DNA from: Lama guanicoe
Lineage: Eukaryota
Assembly (NCBI GenBank): GCA_013239625.1
Contig: MU054400.1
Location: 5,025,802-5,089,801, forward strand
Direction: 5' to 3'
Length of the DNA: 64,000 nucleotides
Shown: positions 39,452 through 52,114 of the stretch, piece by piece
How positions within the stretch are numbered: position 1 is the stretch's first letter
Layout of the letters: each line of letters opens with the position of its first letter
The notes under the pieces: model-generated
The model's database searches: none
Seen by the model: the letters and a program-made list of their open reading frames with translations, nothing else
What the model was told of the DNA's origin: nothing
Position numbers and translations under genes: made by a program

Positions 39452-40809
39452 GTACTGTCCATGTGTTCTGTGCTTCTTTATGTATTGCACACATGCTGGA
39501 CCCAGGAACCCAATACCCAGTGTTTTTCTCAACTTTAAAAGAGCTCCTTTATTAGTTGGGTTGGACTGAACATACTATAAAAACATCCTGCCAGAGAAAA
39601 CAGCAGGGGGTGGGGAGGGGCACTTGGGAGCCAAGGCGTGGCGTGTGGGGCTCTTCATGCCAGTTATCAATTGCTGGATTATTTTGGCAGTTGCTTTCAC
39701 CTGATGGTTTGTGGGCTCCAAGTGGGTGGTCTTGGTTGAAGACTTTCTAGGCAGGCAGGTGTGTCATGGAAACACCATTACAGCTGAGTTGTTTGTGGTT
39801 TGGTCATGAAGCCTGTACAGGGTTGGTCATTATGCTGAGCGACAGTGCCCCTGTGGTGGGCCCACTGGAGTTGCCCTGGTGTTGCATCTGCTCTGTACAC
39901 TATTTGGTCATGAAGTTCTGAACCAGCGGTGTGTGAGAACATGGAGGGCAAACGCTAACGCATCATCAAAGTTTTGTCTGCCAATTTCTTGCTTATTGCA
40001 GTAATTAACTCTTACAGTCAAGATCCTGAGCATGTTGATGCCAGGTAAAATTTTTATAATTGTAGTATTTCCTAATTTAAAATTTGGTGTCTCCTTCCAC
40101 TACTTATTGTAGAAACATTGCAGAAAAGTAAAAGTAATACAATTAAATAATTGTCAAGAAAATGGTTGCTAACATCTTGTTGCATTTCCCTCCAGTATTT
40201 AAAATCTCTCTACATAGTACTGATTATCATTTCCAAGTTGTCATCATAGCATGTAATAGTTTTGTACTCTGCTTTTTTTCACTTATAGTATATATCTTGC
40301 ATGTTTTTCAGGTCATTAAGTATTTTTCGAAAATATGACTTTAATGTCTCCATAATTTTTACTGTATGAACATATCAGATTTTATTTATAATTTTCAGAT
40401 TATTAGACATTTTTTATTGTTTCCAGTGTTTTTTTTTCTTATTATAAATAAAGCTGCACTAAATTCCTGAGGAGCTGGTTTGTATAAAATTAGAATTATT
40501 GAGTCAAAAGTTTTGAATGTGTTGAAGGCTGTTGGTACACATCTCAGGTTGTTTTCCAGAAAAGCTGTACCAGTTTACACAGCCATTAGTGGTGATGAGA
40601 TCCCCTTTTCCCTGAAGTTTCATCCATCTGATAGGCAAGAGAAGGCCTCTCTTTAATTTGGATTACTTTAATTATTCATGAGGTTTCATGTGTCCTTATA
40701 TGTTTCTTAACTGTTTTCATTTCCTATCTGTTCATTTCCTTTGACCATTTTTATATTGAAGCCTTAGGGAGGTTTCCAAAAGTTTGTTTTGTCTTCTAAT
40801 TTGATTGGC

Positions 40810-41080
40810 TCTGTAAAAAAGAAAGATACTGGAGCTTCCAGATTGGTGGACACGGGGAGATGTGTACCTGGTGAGGGCATGGAAGCTTGGTGCCCCTCCC
40901 CACTCACCTTGCCCTGTGTGTTTCTTTCATCTGGCTGTTTCTGAGATACTGTGCACTTTTCATCAAACCCAGCAGAAAAGTATGCAGGTCTGTTCTTCTG
41001 GGTCTTCACTTCCTTATGGAGGCCTTCGTGTCACATAAGACTTACATTAAATAACTCTGTGAGCTATTCTCCTGTTTAAA
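40810..41080 (+). mobile_element. LTR fragment(s) (MER21/MER4-group-like) within decayed L1ME sequence
   Basis: ggagcttccagattggtggacac...gagggcatggaagct...catctggctgtttctgag. Confidence 0.45.
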
Positions 41081-42449
41081 TGAAATAAAGAGTTTAAACT
41101 CCTATTTATGAAAAGTATTTTTCTCAGTTTTTAGTATACCTTTTAATTTGATGGAACATTTCTGATCTATAGGAGATTTTAATTTTTATGTATTCAATTC
41201 TGTTAGATTTCTCCTGGAAAGTCTTTCTTTGCTCTAAGATTCACCTGTTTTGTTCTAATATTTTTATTTAATTAAAATTTTTTTTTTGTAATTTAACTCA
41301 ATCTGTTTGTAGTTTATTCTGGTCAGGGTTATGAAATGAGGACTAAACATTTTTGTTTTCAAATAGGAAACCAATTATCCAAGATCGTTTCTGGTATTTT
41401 TTCTGATTTGTGATGTCTCCTTCATCCTAAACTAGATGTGCATGTACTAAAGTCTTCAGTGAGTGTTCACTTGATTTTCAAAGTCGAAACAAAATAAATA
41501 ATACACTTTAAAATTTCGTTTTTAAAAATAAATCACATTTACCTGGTTCATTTACAAATCAGCAAGGGACGAAACCATTTATAATGTCTCCTTTTTACTC
41601 CTAATTCCCAGCTACCCAATAACACTTCCCCAGTGCAACCAGGTCACTGGTTTTCATTGTATAGTATATTTGCCCCTCTTTTATTGCACAAATCATAGCA
41701 TGCTATACACATTTTTGTACTGTGCTTCCCCCTTTAGCATAAATTTATCTTATAAGCTCATATCTAACCATAAAGAGCTTCTTCATTATCCTTATGACTA
41801 CAGAGTATTCCAGAAATAGATGTTTCACAATTTAGTTAACCAATAGCTCTTGATTCACTGTGTATCAAATAAAGAATTTAATGGGCATTGACTTCCATGT
41901 TCTACCCTCACCCACGTTCTCCAGTTTTAATTAGTGCAATTTGGGGTTTGAGACTCATATTATCGCTGTATTTTATTTTTGTATTCTATCTTCTCTTCTA
42001 GGAATTACAATTATTGTTTTACATTTTCATCCAGCTCCAAATTATATTTGCAATAAGTATTTAGACTTTCTTTACTCTTGAACTCTTAAGTTAGAATCAT
42101 CTCTTAGTCAGCTGGGAAATGGCTTCAGTATTTTTTTTTCTAGAAGGGTAGACATGTGGTATATTTTCTGAGCCCTCCCACATGTAGGTGGACTTTCTGT
42201 TGTGTTCACTTATGAACAATCCTTGACTAGGTATAAAATTCTTAGGAGCTCTTTTCCCTCTTAAATGCCTGTAAATGTTTTCATTATCATATCTTACTTC
42301 ATATTTCTGAGGAGAAATCTGATACCATTTTAAAAAATTCTTTGAAAGTAATCTGATTTTCTTGTCTACAGGCTCACAGAATTTTTAAAATTGATTTATG
42401 TGATTCAAAACTTTCTAGAATAAAGCTAGTTTTGGGTACCTTTGTTTTT

Positions 42450-43410
42450 AATCAAGTTAATAACAGTATAATTTACGTATAATAAAATGCACCCAGTTTA
42501 AGTCAATGCCATTTGACAAATACATACACTTATGTAATTAATCAGCACCCTATGAAGATGTAGAACATTTCCATTACTCTGGAAATTCTCTTGTGCCTTT
42601 GCCATCTTCCTTAAGTGATTCTCCCTAACCCTACTCTGGTCAACCACTAATCTGAGTTCCATATCTATAAATTGGTTTTACTGCTCCTAAAAATTCATAT
42701 AAATGAAGTCATTCATGTGTACTCTTTGTGTCTGGCTTCCTTGCTCAGCATGTCTGTGAGATGCATCCATACTGTTGTGGATGTCAGTAATTTATTCTTT
42801 TTTTAAAAGTTAACAAATAGCAGTCCATTATATAACTAAACTATAGTTTATTTACCAACTCACTTATTGATGGATACTTGAATTTTTGAGGGAGCATTAT
42901 GAAACATATGCTGTGAACGTAAGCCTTTTTGTGGACAAAGGTTTTGATTTCTCTTGGGTAAATACCCAAGAGTGGAATTGTTGGATCATATAAGTGTATT
43001 TTAACTTTGTATCTGCGAAACTGGTTCCAAAGTGATTCAATCATTTTGTGTTCCAGCAGCAGTGTGTGAGAGTCCAGTAGCTGTGCATCCCTGCAAACAC
43101 TTGATGCTATCAGTCCTTTTAATTTTAGCCCTCCAAGTGGAGTGAAATAGTGTCTTGTTGTGGTTTTAATTTTCAATTTTCTGATGACTAACGATGGTGA
43201 GCAACTTTTCATGCACTTACTGTACATTCTTATATCTGCTTTGAAAAGCATCTCTTCATTTGCCCATCTATTTAATGTGGGTTTTTTTGGGTTGTTTTAT
43301 TATTAGATTGTAAGAATACTTTATATACTCTAGATTCTAGCCTTTTGTCTGATACATGTATCTCAGGTATATTCTCCCAGACTGCATGGCTTGCCTTTTC
43401 ATTTTTTATT
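42450..43410 (-). mobile_element. L1MB-type 3' fragment
   Basis: ORF 42841..43251 contains HLYDPTIPLLGIYPREIKTFVHKK (ORF2 C-terminus). The 3' UTR reads aataaaatgcacccagtttaag. Confidence 0.8.
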
Positions 43411-44375
43411 TACACTCATACCACTGATTTTCCATAGAGACATTTTGTTCTTTAGTAATTCCATTACAGATTTAAACTGTTATTGTAACAATCCTTGCAG
43501 TCCTTCCTTATCTTTTTTAATTTGTTACTTTGTTGTCTTTTGATCTCAGTCTGTTGCACTATTTCAGCCAGGTGTCTTCTCATGGCTTTTTACCATTTTT
43601 TCATAGAAGTTATATCTTCTCATTTCATAATGGGAATGCCAGTTCTCTAAACTGGTTTTGGTTTTTGTAGTAAATTCATTTCCAAGGCTTGTTCTTCCTC
43701 TGAGTCCTCAGAGCAATATCTTCTTTTATCTTTATTCTCATGACTCATTGTGCTCATGACTTTCCTCTCTGGTGTGTTTCAACAGACAGGATGATGTCTC
43801 TCCATTTCCCTTTGCTCCATTCACTGTCCACTTGTGTGCTGCCTGGAATCCCCTCTCTGTTCAACACATGAGAGGTTACTGATGCACTCGGCTTCTTTAC
43901 CCAGGTTCTGGTGTCTTGTGAATTTTCTAGTGAAGTTCTTTGGAACTCATACAGGGTCTTTTTCTCCCCCCACCCCCCGCTTGTTTCCCCAACATGCTGA
44001 ATTGACTGAGTACATGAAATGCTGCGATCTTGAGCAGGCACTGATACTGGACTCCTCCAGCCTTCATTTCTGGTTTACTTGTAATGATAACTACACCTCG
44101 CAAGATGTGGTGTGGGAAAAAAATCTCATGATTCACCAGGGTTGACTTAAGTTATCTGTATTAGAATGATAGTTTAAAAACTATAAATGTATGCTTATAA
44201 CTCTTACACATCTATAACGCCAATATAAAAGTGTAAATTTAACACATACCAAATGATTAAATCAATAAAACTCAAATGAGCAACTTCAACCCAATGTAAA
44301 GATGATTATTTTGCTGAAATGAAACTGCCCCTTCCAGCATGAATGTGGTGCTGACAGCTCCGTGAAGTTTCTTTT

Positions 44376-45577
44376 TTTTTTTTTAACATTTTTTTTATTG
44401 AGTTATAGTCATTTTACAATGTTGTGTCAAATTCCAGTGTAGAGCACAATTTTTCAGTTATACATGAACATACATATATTCGTCACATTTTTTTCACTGT
44501 AATCTACCACAAGATCGTGTATATATTTCCCTGTGCTATACAGTATAATCTTGTTTATCTAGTCTACATTTTGAAATCCCAGTCTGTCCCTTTCCACCCC
44601 CCGCCCCCTTGGCAACCACAAGTTTGTATTCTGTGTCTGTGAGCTGCTTCTGTTTTGTATTTATGTTTTGTTTTTTGTTTTTTAGATTTCACATATGAGC
44701 GATCTCATATGTTATTTTTCTTTCTCTTTCTTCACTTAGCATGACATTCTCCAGGAACATCCATGTTGCTACAAATGGCGTTATGTTGTTAGTTTTTATG
44801 GCTGAATAGTATTCCATTGTATAAATATACCACATCTTCTTTATCCAGTCATCTGTTGATGGACATTTAGGCTGTTTCCATGTCTTGGCTATTGTAAATA
44901 GTGCTGCTATGAACATTGGGGTGCAGGTGTCATTTTGAAGTAGGGTTCCTTCTGGATATATGTCCAGGAGCGGGATTCCTGGGTCATATGGTAAGTCTAT
45001 TCCTAGTCTTTTGAGGAATCTCCATACTGTTTTCCACAGTGGCTGCACCAAACTGCATTCCCACCAGCAGTGTAGGAGGGTTCCCTTTTCTCCACAGCCT
45101 CTCCATCATTTGTCATTTGTGGACTTTTGAATGATGGCCATTCTGACTGCTTTGAGGTGATACCTCATTGTAGTTTTGATTTGCATTTTTCTGATAATTA
45201 GTGATATTGAGCATTTTTTCATGTACCTATTGATCATTTGTATGTCTTCCTTGGAGAATTGCTTGTTTAGGTCTTCTGCCCATTTTTGGATTCGGTTGCA
45301 TGCTTTTTTCTTACTAAGTAGTGTGAGCTGCTTATATATTCTGCAGATCAAGCCTTTGTCAGTTTCATTTGCAAAAATGTTCTCCCATTCCGTAGGTTGT
45401 CATTTTGTTTTACTTACGGTTTCCTTTGCTGTGCAGAAGCTTATAAGTTTCATTAGGTCCCATTTGTTTATTCTTGCTTTTATTTATATTGCTTGGGTAC
45501 ACTGCCTTAGGAGAAAATGTACAAAAATGTATGTACATTTTTGAGATGTATGTCAGATAATGTTTTGCCTATATTTT
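44376..45577 (-). mobile_element. Relatively young 5'-truncated L1
   Basis: ORF 44689..45051 is a nearly intact ORF2 C-terminus ([27 protein letters not shown]...WYIYTMEYYSAIK), with a poly-T tail. An imperfect TSD reads ctccgtgaagtttctttt (44358) / ctccatgaatgttctttt (45578). Confidence 0.92.
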
Positions 45578-45859
45578 CTCCATGAATGTTCTTTTGAGAT
45601 TGTTGTGCCTGTTTTCCGTGTGAGCCAGGCGATGATCTTAATCTCCACCACTTTTCTTCCATATGCTGTAAAGCTTTTGCTTACACAGCGTGCTGTGATA
45701 TCATTTAGCTTTGACTCACCAAAAGCATCCTTTTTTTGTTCTTTTCTCATTATCTCTCAATGATTAAAGCAGGGCTATGTATCCCTGTGCAATCATATAC
45801 ACTCCTGCAGATGTGAACTCTGAAATTGTTTGGCAGTCCTCATTTATGTATATGGATAA

Positions 45860-46048
45860 TCTAGCCTGCTGGCCAAATCCAGCCCACAGCCTGTGTTTGT
45901 AAATAAAGTTTTATTGGAATATGGCCGTTGTCTGTGGCTGCTTTGCTGCGGCAATGGCAGAGTTGAACATTTGCAACAGACTGTATGGCCTGCAAATCTA
46001 AAATAATTACTAAGTGGCCCTTTACAGGAAAAACGTCTTCCGATCCCT
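45860..46048. mobile_element. MER58A-like hAT MITE
   Basis: ggccaaatccagcccacagcctgtgtttgtaaataaagttttattggaa...tatggcctgcaaatctaaaataattactaagtggccctttacag. Confidence 0.85.
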
Positions 46049-47899
46049 TCAGTATCTGTCTGTCTGTCGCTATCTATCTATTTGAAAACTGTCATCAAAA
46101 ATTAGAACAAGAATTGACTTTGAAATTTTCATGGAAAACGTTCATACCTCTGAGAATATATCTGTAGATTTTTCCCCCCAGAATTACCAATTCAGGGCAT
46201 AATTATAAAAAAGTAGATGCTAATTGGGATTTGCTTATATGCAACTTACGCCTTATATGATATCACAGAGCAGCCTTCACCAGTTCAGACAGAGAGAGGC
46301 CCAAGCTAGGCAAGCAGAGAGGACTTCGGGCCAAACGCAGCATCCCTGCGGCAGCCCACAGCTGGGGTTCATCGAGGACAACCAGGCGAGAGTACTAACG
46401 GTGCTCTTTGCCAGACCCAAAATGGCTGTTCTGCGGGTGGAATAATGCCTCCAAATGTGTCTGCACTCCTTAGAGGAAAAGGGTATGCAGATGCAAGATG
46501 CTGCCGCTTCCTTTCCAAGTCATGTTTCCTGGATTGGTAGATCGGCGGTCTCCTAGGACCTCCACCCTGCCGTGCACAAGGCCTTTAACACGATGAGCTA
46601 GCCTCGAAAGCACGAGAGCCGCAAAACCCAACCCGCAAAGTCAAAGTTTCCATCGGAGCGACACGTCAGCCTGATTAGTGCATTTGCCAGGCACCCGCTG
46701 ACTTCCCGAAAGAAGCAAAGCACCTGGGAGCAGCGTAATGTCATGAGGCAGATAACAGTGACAGGAATGACAGGAGCCTTTGGGCAGGGGACGGAAATCA
46801 GCAGACGGACCTCCCAGCTCTTGCCGCGTGAGGGAAATCATTCCTCCCGGCTATGTTTTAAAAGAAGGCTAATGGTTTAGACTGTAGTGTGATGACCATC
46901 GTAAGAATTTTAGTAGCTGAGACATCACCGTCCTTTTTTTCAACAATGCTAAGTCAAGGCCATAGATTTAGACTGACATATTTGGATCCTTTATTATTTA
47001 ACTTCCTCGGCATAATGTCCTTTGGGCAGACAGAAATGTTAGCCTGTGTGTTGTTGTCAGCCTGTATTCCCTGACAGGATGTAGCTAAACTATTAGACAC
47101 AGAGACCCAGTGTCCAGTGTTTAGTATATAATAGGTACATAATATCTATTTGTTGAATAAATGTGTTCTGTGCAATCAGACAGAAGTAACATGCTCATGG
47201 AAGAAGCACGTGAAATCACTACTGATAGTGACAAAAGTGATTTTAGGGTCATTCCTTTAGTTTTGCTTCTGATTGGAGTTTATGCCTTTTCTCCGGGCTC
47301 AACTGATTTTAAAAGGAAAAAAAAATGGCGTAGTACATTCTTATTTCCTCCGTTTGGTAACTTTTTGTTTGTTTTTGTAGAGTCTAATTTAGTATCTACT
47401 TCCTAGAAAACTAAAACGTTCCGCTTATATTTTTCCTGGGAAGCCTCAAGTAAATGAACAAGATTGACTAGTTTAAGCTCCTTCCAAATGTAGGAGAAAA
47501 AGCACATGGACAAGTGAAAGGTGTTGAACTATATATGCCCATGAAAAGGATCTGATTTCATTTTTCTGTGCAAGAGACTGTAGACATTACTTCATCCTGG
47601 GCAGAATGCTACTCTCTGGCCTGCCCAGTAGACCAGCTCTCTGACACTCTCCTGATTTTGTGTGGGAAATTCCAGGGAAAAGCCAAGATTTCAGGGTCCA
47701 GACCCTCCTGCATGCAATTGAAAGCCAGCTTTTCTTCCCTCTTGATGACTCAAAATGAGCAATACTATTCAGACCGCTCCCACAGTATGCAACCAGGAAT
47801 CGCGTATAAGGAAACGGTAAATTAAAAGACATTTAGGAATGGTTATGATTAAGTGTTTTCACAAAGAAAGAAGGCAACGTAGAGAAAGGTCCTTGTTTC

Positions 47900-48740
47900 T
47901 CGAACTGAGGAACTTTATTCTGGGCTGGTACACACACGTGTGTTTCAAGGAGCAGGAGTCCAGAGTGAATGCATTCATCTTTTCTCTTTAGAAAGCTGCT
48001 GGTGACCGAAGACTGTCCCGCTCTGTTACATCCCTCGTAGGGTTTCACATACTGCCTTGACTTTCTAAATCTTTGTCAGTTCATTCTTTTGTTTGCGATT
48101 TACTTTTGACTGGTCCTTGCTTGCCCTCCCAGCGTTGCTCTTACCACGTTTGACATACAGGGAAGCCATCACAATTCCTCTTGGATAATGATGATTCTGG
48201 CAGGCACGTGCATACCAGTTCTTGTTGCTATAGATTTTTGTCTTAGGCTTGATATTCATGAATTTTCTCACGTGAGTACAGTGCTGAAGCATACTTGTGA
48301 CCATCTGGCACGGAATGATCTAGTGTCCAGTTTGCTGATCCATGTGGTCTTTAAGTTTTAGGGGAACTAGGTTTTCCGCAGCATAGGTCAGAATGCGGAT
48401 GAGGCTTGGTCTCACAAGCCTGAGACGTGTTCCTTTCGCTATTCCATTAGCCACAAGGAGGTGCTTGTGTTCCGGGTTCAGCAGGTGGCGCTCTTCTACC
48501 TGGTTCACAAGCGTGATCTTGAAGGTCATTCTCTCATGGGTCTCTTATGCTGTAGGCGGTACCATGTTGCTGGGAAGGGAACCCAAAGCCTTGCCGGGTG
48601 GCATCAGTGCTTGAGGAGCGGTGGCTCGATCTGGCACCTGGCCCCCGTCAGGCAGTGCTGGCGCATACCAGCCCGGGGCGTCTTACTGTCTCCTTTGTTC
48701 CGGTGCCAGTCCCGCCCTTGAGCAACAGCGGAAAAGAACT
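47900..48740 (-). pseudogene. Intronless antisense gene-like unit or pseudogene nested in an AOPEP intron; product unknown
   Basis: ORF-track pieces 48320..48529 and 48065..48304 share one frame with upstream ATGs at 48565 (aacATGG) and 48604. Only TAA (48547-48545) and TAG (48322-48320) interrupt the frame. AATAAA lies at 47919-47914, and a GC box with CpG-rich sequence lies upstream. I recognise no repeat here. Confidence 0.55.
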
Positions 48741-50669
48741 AATGAAAGACAGTCACGCCATGGGTATTCAGGAGGGTGGCACTAGCTCATAAAACCAGAA
48801 CGTGTAGACTCAGCATCCAGAAAGTCGTGAAAGAAAAAAAGCTGGGGTTTGCTGAAAGACCCAAACACCCGAGAAAGAAGCCAAGAGGGGAAGAGCAACC
48901 CAAACTGGGAGCTATTCCTACCTTTTTATGTATCTGTTACATTTATTATAAGAAATATGTTAAAAAATATAATATATACATTATATATAGTGTGTCTATA
49001 TACACCTATAAATTCATATTCCTATACATACTGTTAAGCCTTTTAAATTTGTCATACAAAGGTGTTCCAAAATAATGGAATAGCTTAACATATGGACTAG
49101 TTTGGGCAGGAATTTTTGAAATTAAGAGTAGTGGCTAGAGAAAGAAACAAGCTTGTGGTAGGAAAGAATCAGGTGCTACAGAAGAATTGAGTAAAGAAAT
49201 ATGATATGTAAATAAAAGCATGTATCAATTTGATGTTTCCAAATGCTTCATGGTATTTGCCTAAACTACAGTGGAGAAGTTTAAAAGATAAAACAGATGC
49301 TTTTAATAGGAAGGATTTAAGCACCTGTTTTAATTTTCATTGAAACAATAACTCTTTAAAAGCAAGAGATTGTATAAGATGCTTAACTTTGCAGAGATAA
49401 ATCATCTGCTTTTGCCTTTGTGGAAACAGAGTGCTTGCCTGGTGTGGCTGTGCCTCTGGTGTGTCTTGAGTGAGTTTATCCAAGACTCCCCTAAGAATAG
49501 GACAATGATATTCCATTAATTTTGCATTTAATTTACTATTAGTAGGCATGATTGATGTGTAAAAATAGCTGCAGTATCTTGATATTTTTCTCTTAAAATT
49601 TTTTCTTTTTGTAAAAATGATTTTCTCAAATAATTAGCAAGGTTTTTCCACAGGTTTAGCATAAAAGGTTCTCTTTCCTCCCATAAATGGGCTACTCTCA
49701 CATTCTTCCTTTTTTTCTCTCCACTTTTTGTCCCTTTAAAGATAGAATCTTCAAAACAACTCATAGGACAGTTTTTTAAAATAGTATATGAAGAAAATAA
49801 TTAAAGTAATTGTTTTAACACTCTCTAGTTATAAGTATTTTCAACATTTGCAATCTAAAAAATTACCCATTTCAAATCCTTATCATACCTACAAAAAACC
49901 CAGGCAGTCACCTTTAAGGAAAACTTCAGCCCTGTTTCGGAGATGAAAGTGTCTATTTGGATCTTACAGCAGCTGCTCGCGTATTTATGAGAACAATCTC
50001 TGATATAGCTGTCTTACTAGTGAGACAATTAAAAGGTGAGAATTTTCTCCCCCAAGTAAGTTCCAGTTTGAGAAGGTGGCGCGGAGGCTTTCGGGACGTT
50101 TTCGAGGAGGCCCAGGAGGGAGGCGAGCCGGCTGGCTGCTCAAGCCGCACACTTAGGGAGCGCCCCTTCCTGGGGCCCCTTCCTACCGCCCCCCTCCCCG
50201 TGCGCCTTGCTAATGAATCCCGGCCTGGCCGTGAAATCAGCCAGTGCTGCGATGGGCTCCTGGCCCCTGCAGAGGAAAAACTCTGGGTTAATTCAAGTAC
50301 AGCGTGTTCTCTTTGTTTTGCAGCTGGTGTAGCGAGGGAGTCTAGGGCAAGTGGATTGAATCAAAAAGCAAAATGAAGGCATTCACTGTCTATTTCACTG
50401 AGGATGGCTCATTTAAAGTAAACACTATTTAAATAGTCTCCAAATGGCCCATTCTATATGAAGTCATACAGGATGCCCCCTTTGGGCTGTCATTCTCCTT
50501 TAAATGGATTGCTTTGTGTGCACAGTGTTTTAATGCCATTCAACCTGAAACGCCATATGTGGGCCTCATCAGGCCACAGGCTTCAGTGCACATGTGGCGT
50601 CCATACCTTCGGCATTCTTTGTCTCTGCCTCCAGAAAGTCAGCCCAAGCAATAGGGGGAGGCAGCCGTA

Positions 50670-50905
50670 ATGATGACAGCAGTTAACATTTCTTCAGCAC
50701 TTACTATGTGCCAGTTTCGCTATGCCTGGTGATTTCTCTATGTATTATCTGTCTTAATCCTCACATAATCCTATGAGGTAGAGACTATGATTATGCCCGT
50801 GTTATAGATGAGGAAACTGATGCATGGAGAGATTAAGCGATGTGCTCAAACTGGTAAATGCGAATCAGGGAATTGAACCCTAGCAGTCAGATTCCAGAGC
50901 TGGAA
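50670..50905 (-). mobile_element. MIR SINE
   Basis: cacttactatgtgccag...taatcctcacataatcctatgaggtag...tatagatgaggaaactga. Confidence 0.85.
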
Positions 50906-52114
50906 CTCAATCAATGGGCATATTCAAAAGGAACAAACTCTCCTCAGTTCTCCTTGCAAGGTAGGCTTATCCCAAACCATAGATAATCCAGAAGTCAGTT
51001 TCTCTTTGTCTCTGGAATTGTGCTCTGCTTTCTGGGGCAGTGTTCCCACCTCGTTCTTTGCACTTTTTTTGGCAGTCTGGTTTGAAGACGAGGTCAGGTA
51101 TTCCCTGAGCAGCTACCTCCCTATGGCAGTGGGCAGTCTTCAGGCAAGCCTGGGCTGAGTGGAATAATCCATGAACGGACCACCCACAAGAGAATTCCCT
51201 ACCAAATGAGGAGACTAGACACGGCCTCGTAGTAATGAGGTAGTGAGGGGGCCCCCCAGAGCCCTGGAAACATTCAGTTGTCTCAGCACGGGCTCCAGAT
51301 TTACCCAGGGTCGGGCAGGAAGGCCATGACTGGACCTTTGAGAAGCTTCTGAGAAGAGTGCAACTGGGGTCTTTGGGAAGGGGGCTCCTGGCCAGTTCTT
51401 AATGTGGCCAAGCCTAGTGATCTGCCCCTGTTTGACTGTCACTTGGCAGTCTAGAAAACTTGTTTTGCTTTAAAAGCTTGAAATATTAAACAGTGCCTTC
51501 CAAATGAGCTCCAAGAAGTAGAAGCATCTTAAAAAAAAAAAAGCCTAGAAGCTGTAGAGGAGAAAATCATCTGGAACATTTAAAATATGGGTTAGGGGAT
51601 GTTTTCAATGCATTTCCCCCCAAATCCTTTTCTATTGTTTAACTTCCTGGGAAGACTGTGCAGGGAGCATGGCAATTGTAAAATATGGTTGTTGGACTTG
51701 ACTCGGCTTCCGTTTTCACCTTTGCTATCTCATTCCCAAACTCTAGGTCATTTTAAGCATTCTGACTTTTTTTTTATTCATTGCTAATCTCATTCCAGTC
51801 CCCTGCCACGTTGCTTTGTCGCTTTGTGGCTCCCGGTGCCCACCCCACATCACCTTGAGGGTACAGACGTTCTGATAAAGGCGCTGAGGGGGCTCTCCGT
51901 GCGGATTCTCCACGATCTGGAGCAGGAGTCTTAACAGACACCTCTGAGTACATCAGCAGTGTTCTCTCTTGAAAGCAGTTTCAGTCCCTGCTGTTTCCAC
52001 AAGTCTCATCTTGCCCATGTGCTAGATAGATGGTACAAGACGCAGAGGGGCAGCAAAAAATCAGTTGAAAAGTTTAATGCAGAACACGAGGAGAAAGCCT
52101 ATTGTGCATGTTTT

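Noticed and set aside
44689..45351. Protein-coding ORFs of 120 and 81 aa
   Set aside because: They are L1 ORF2 C-terminal remnants, not host genes.
49957..50376. 139-aa ORF
   Set aside because: It has a non-ATG start and no recognisable homology, and is explained by local GC richness.
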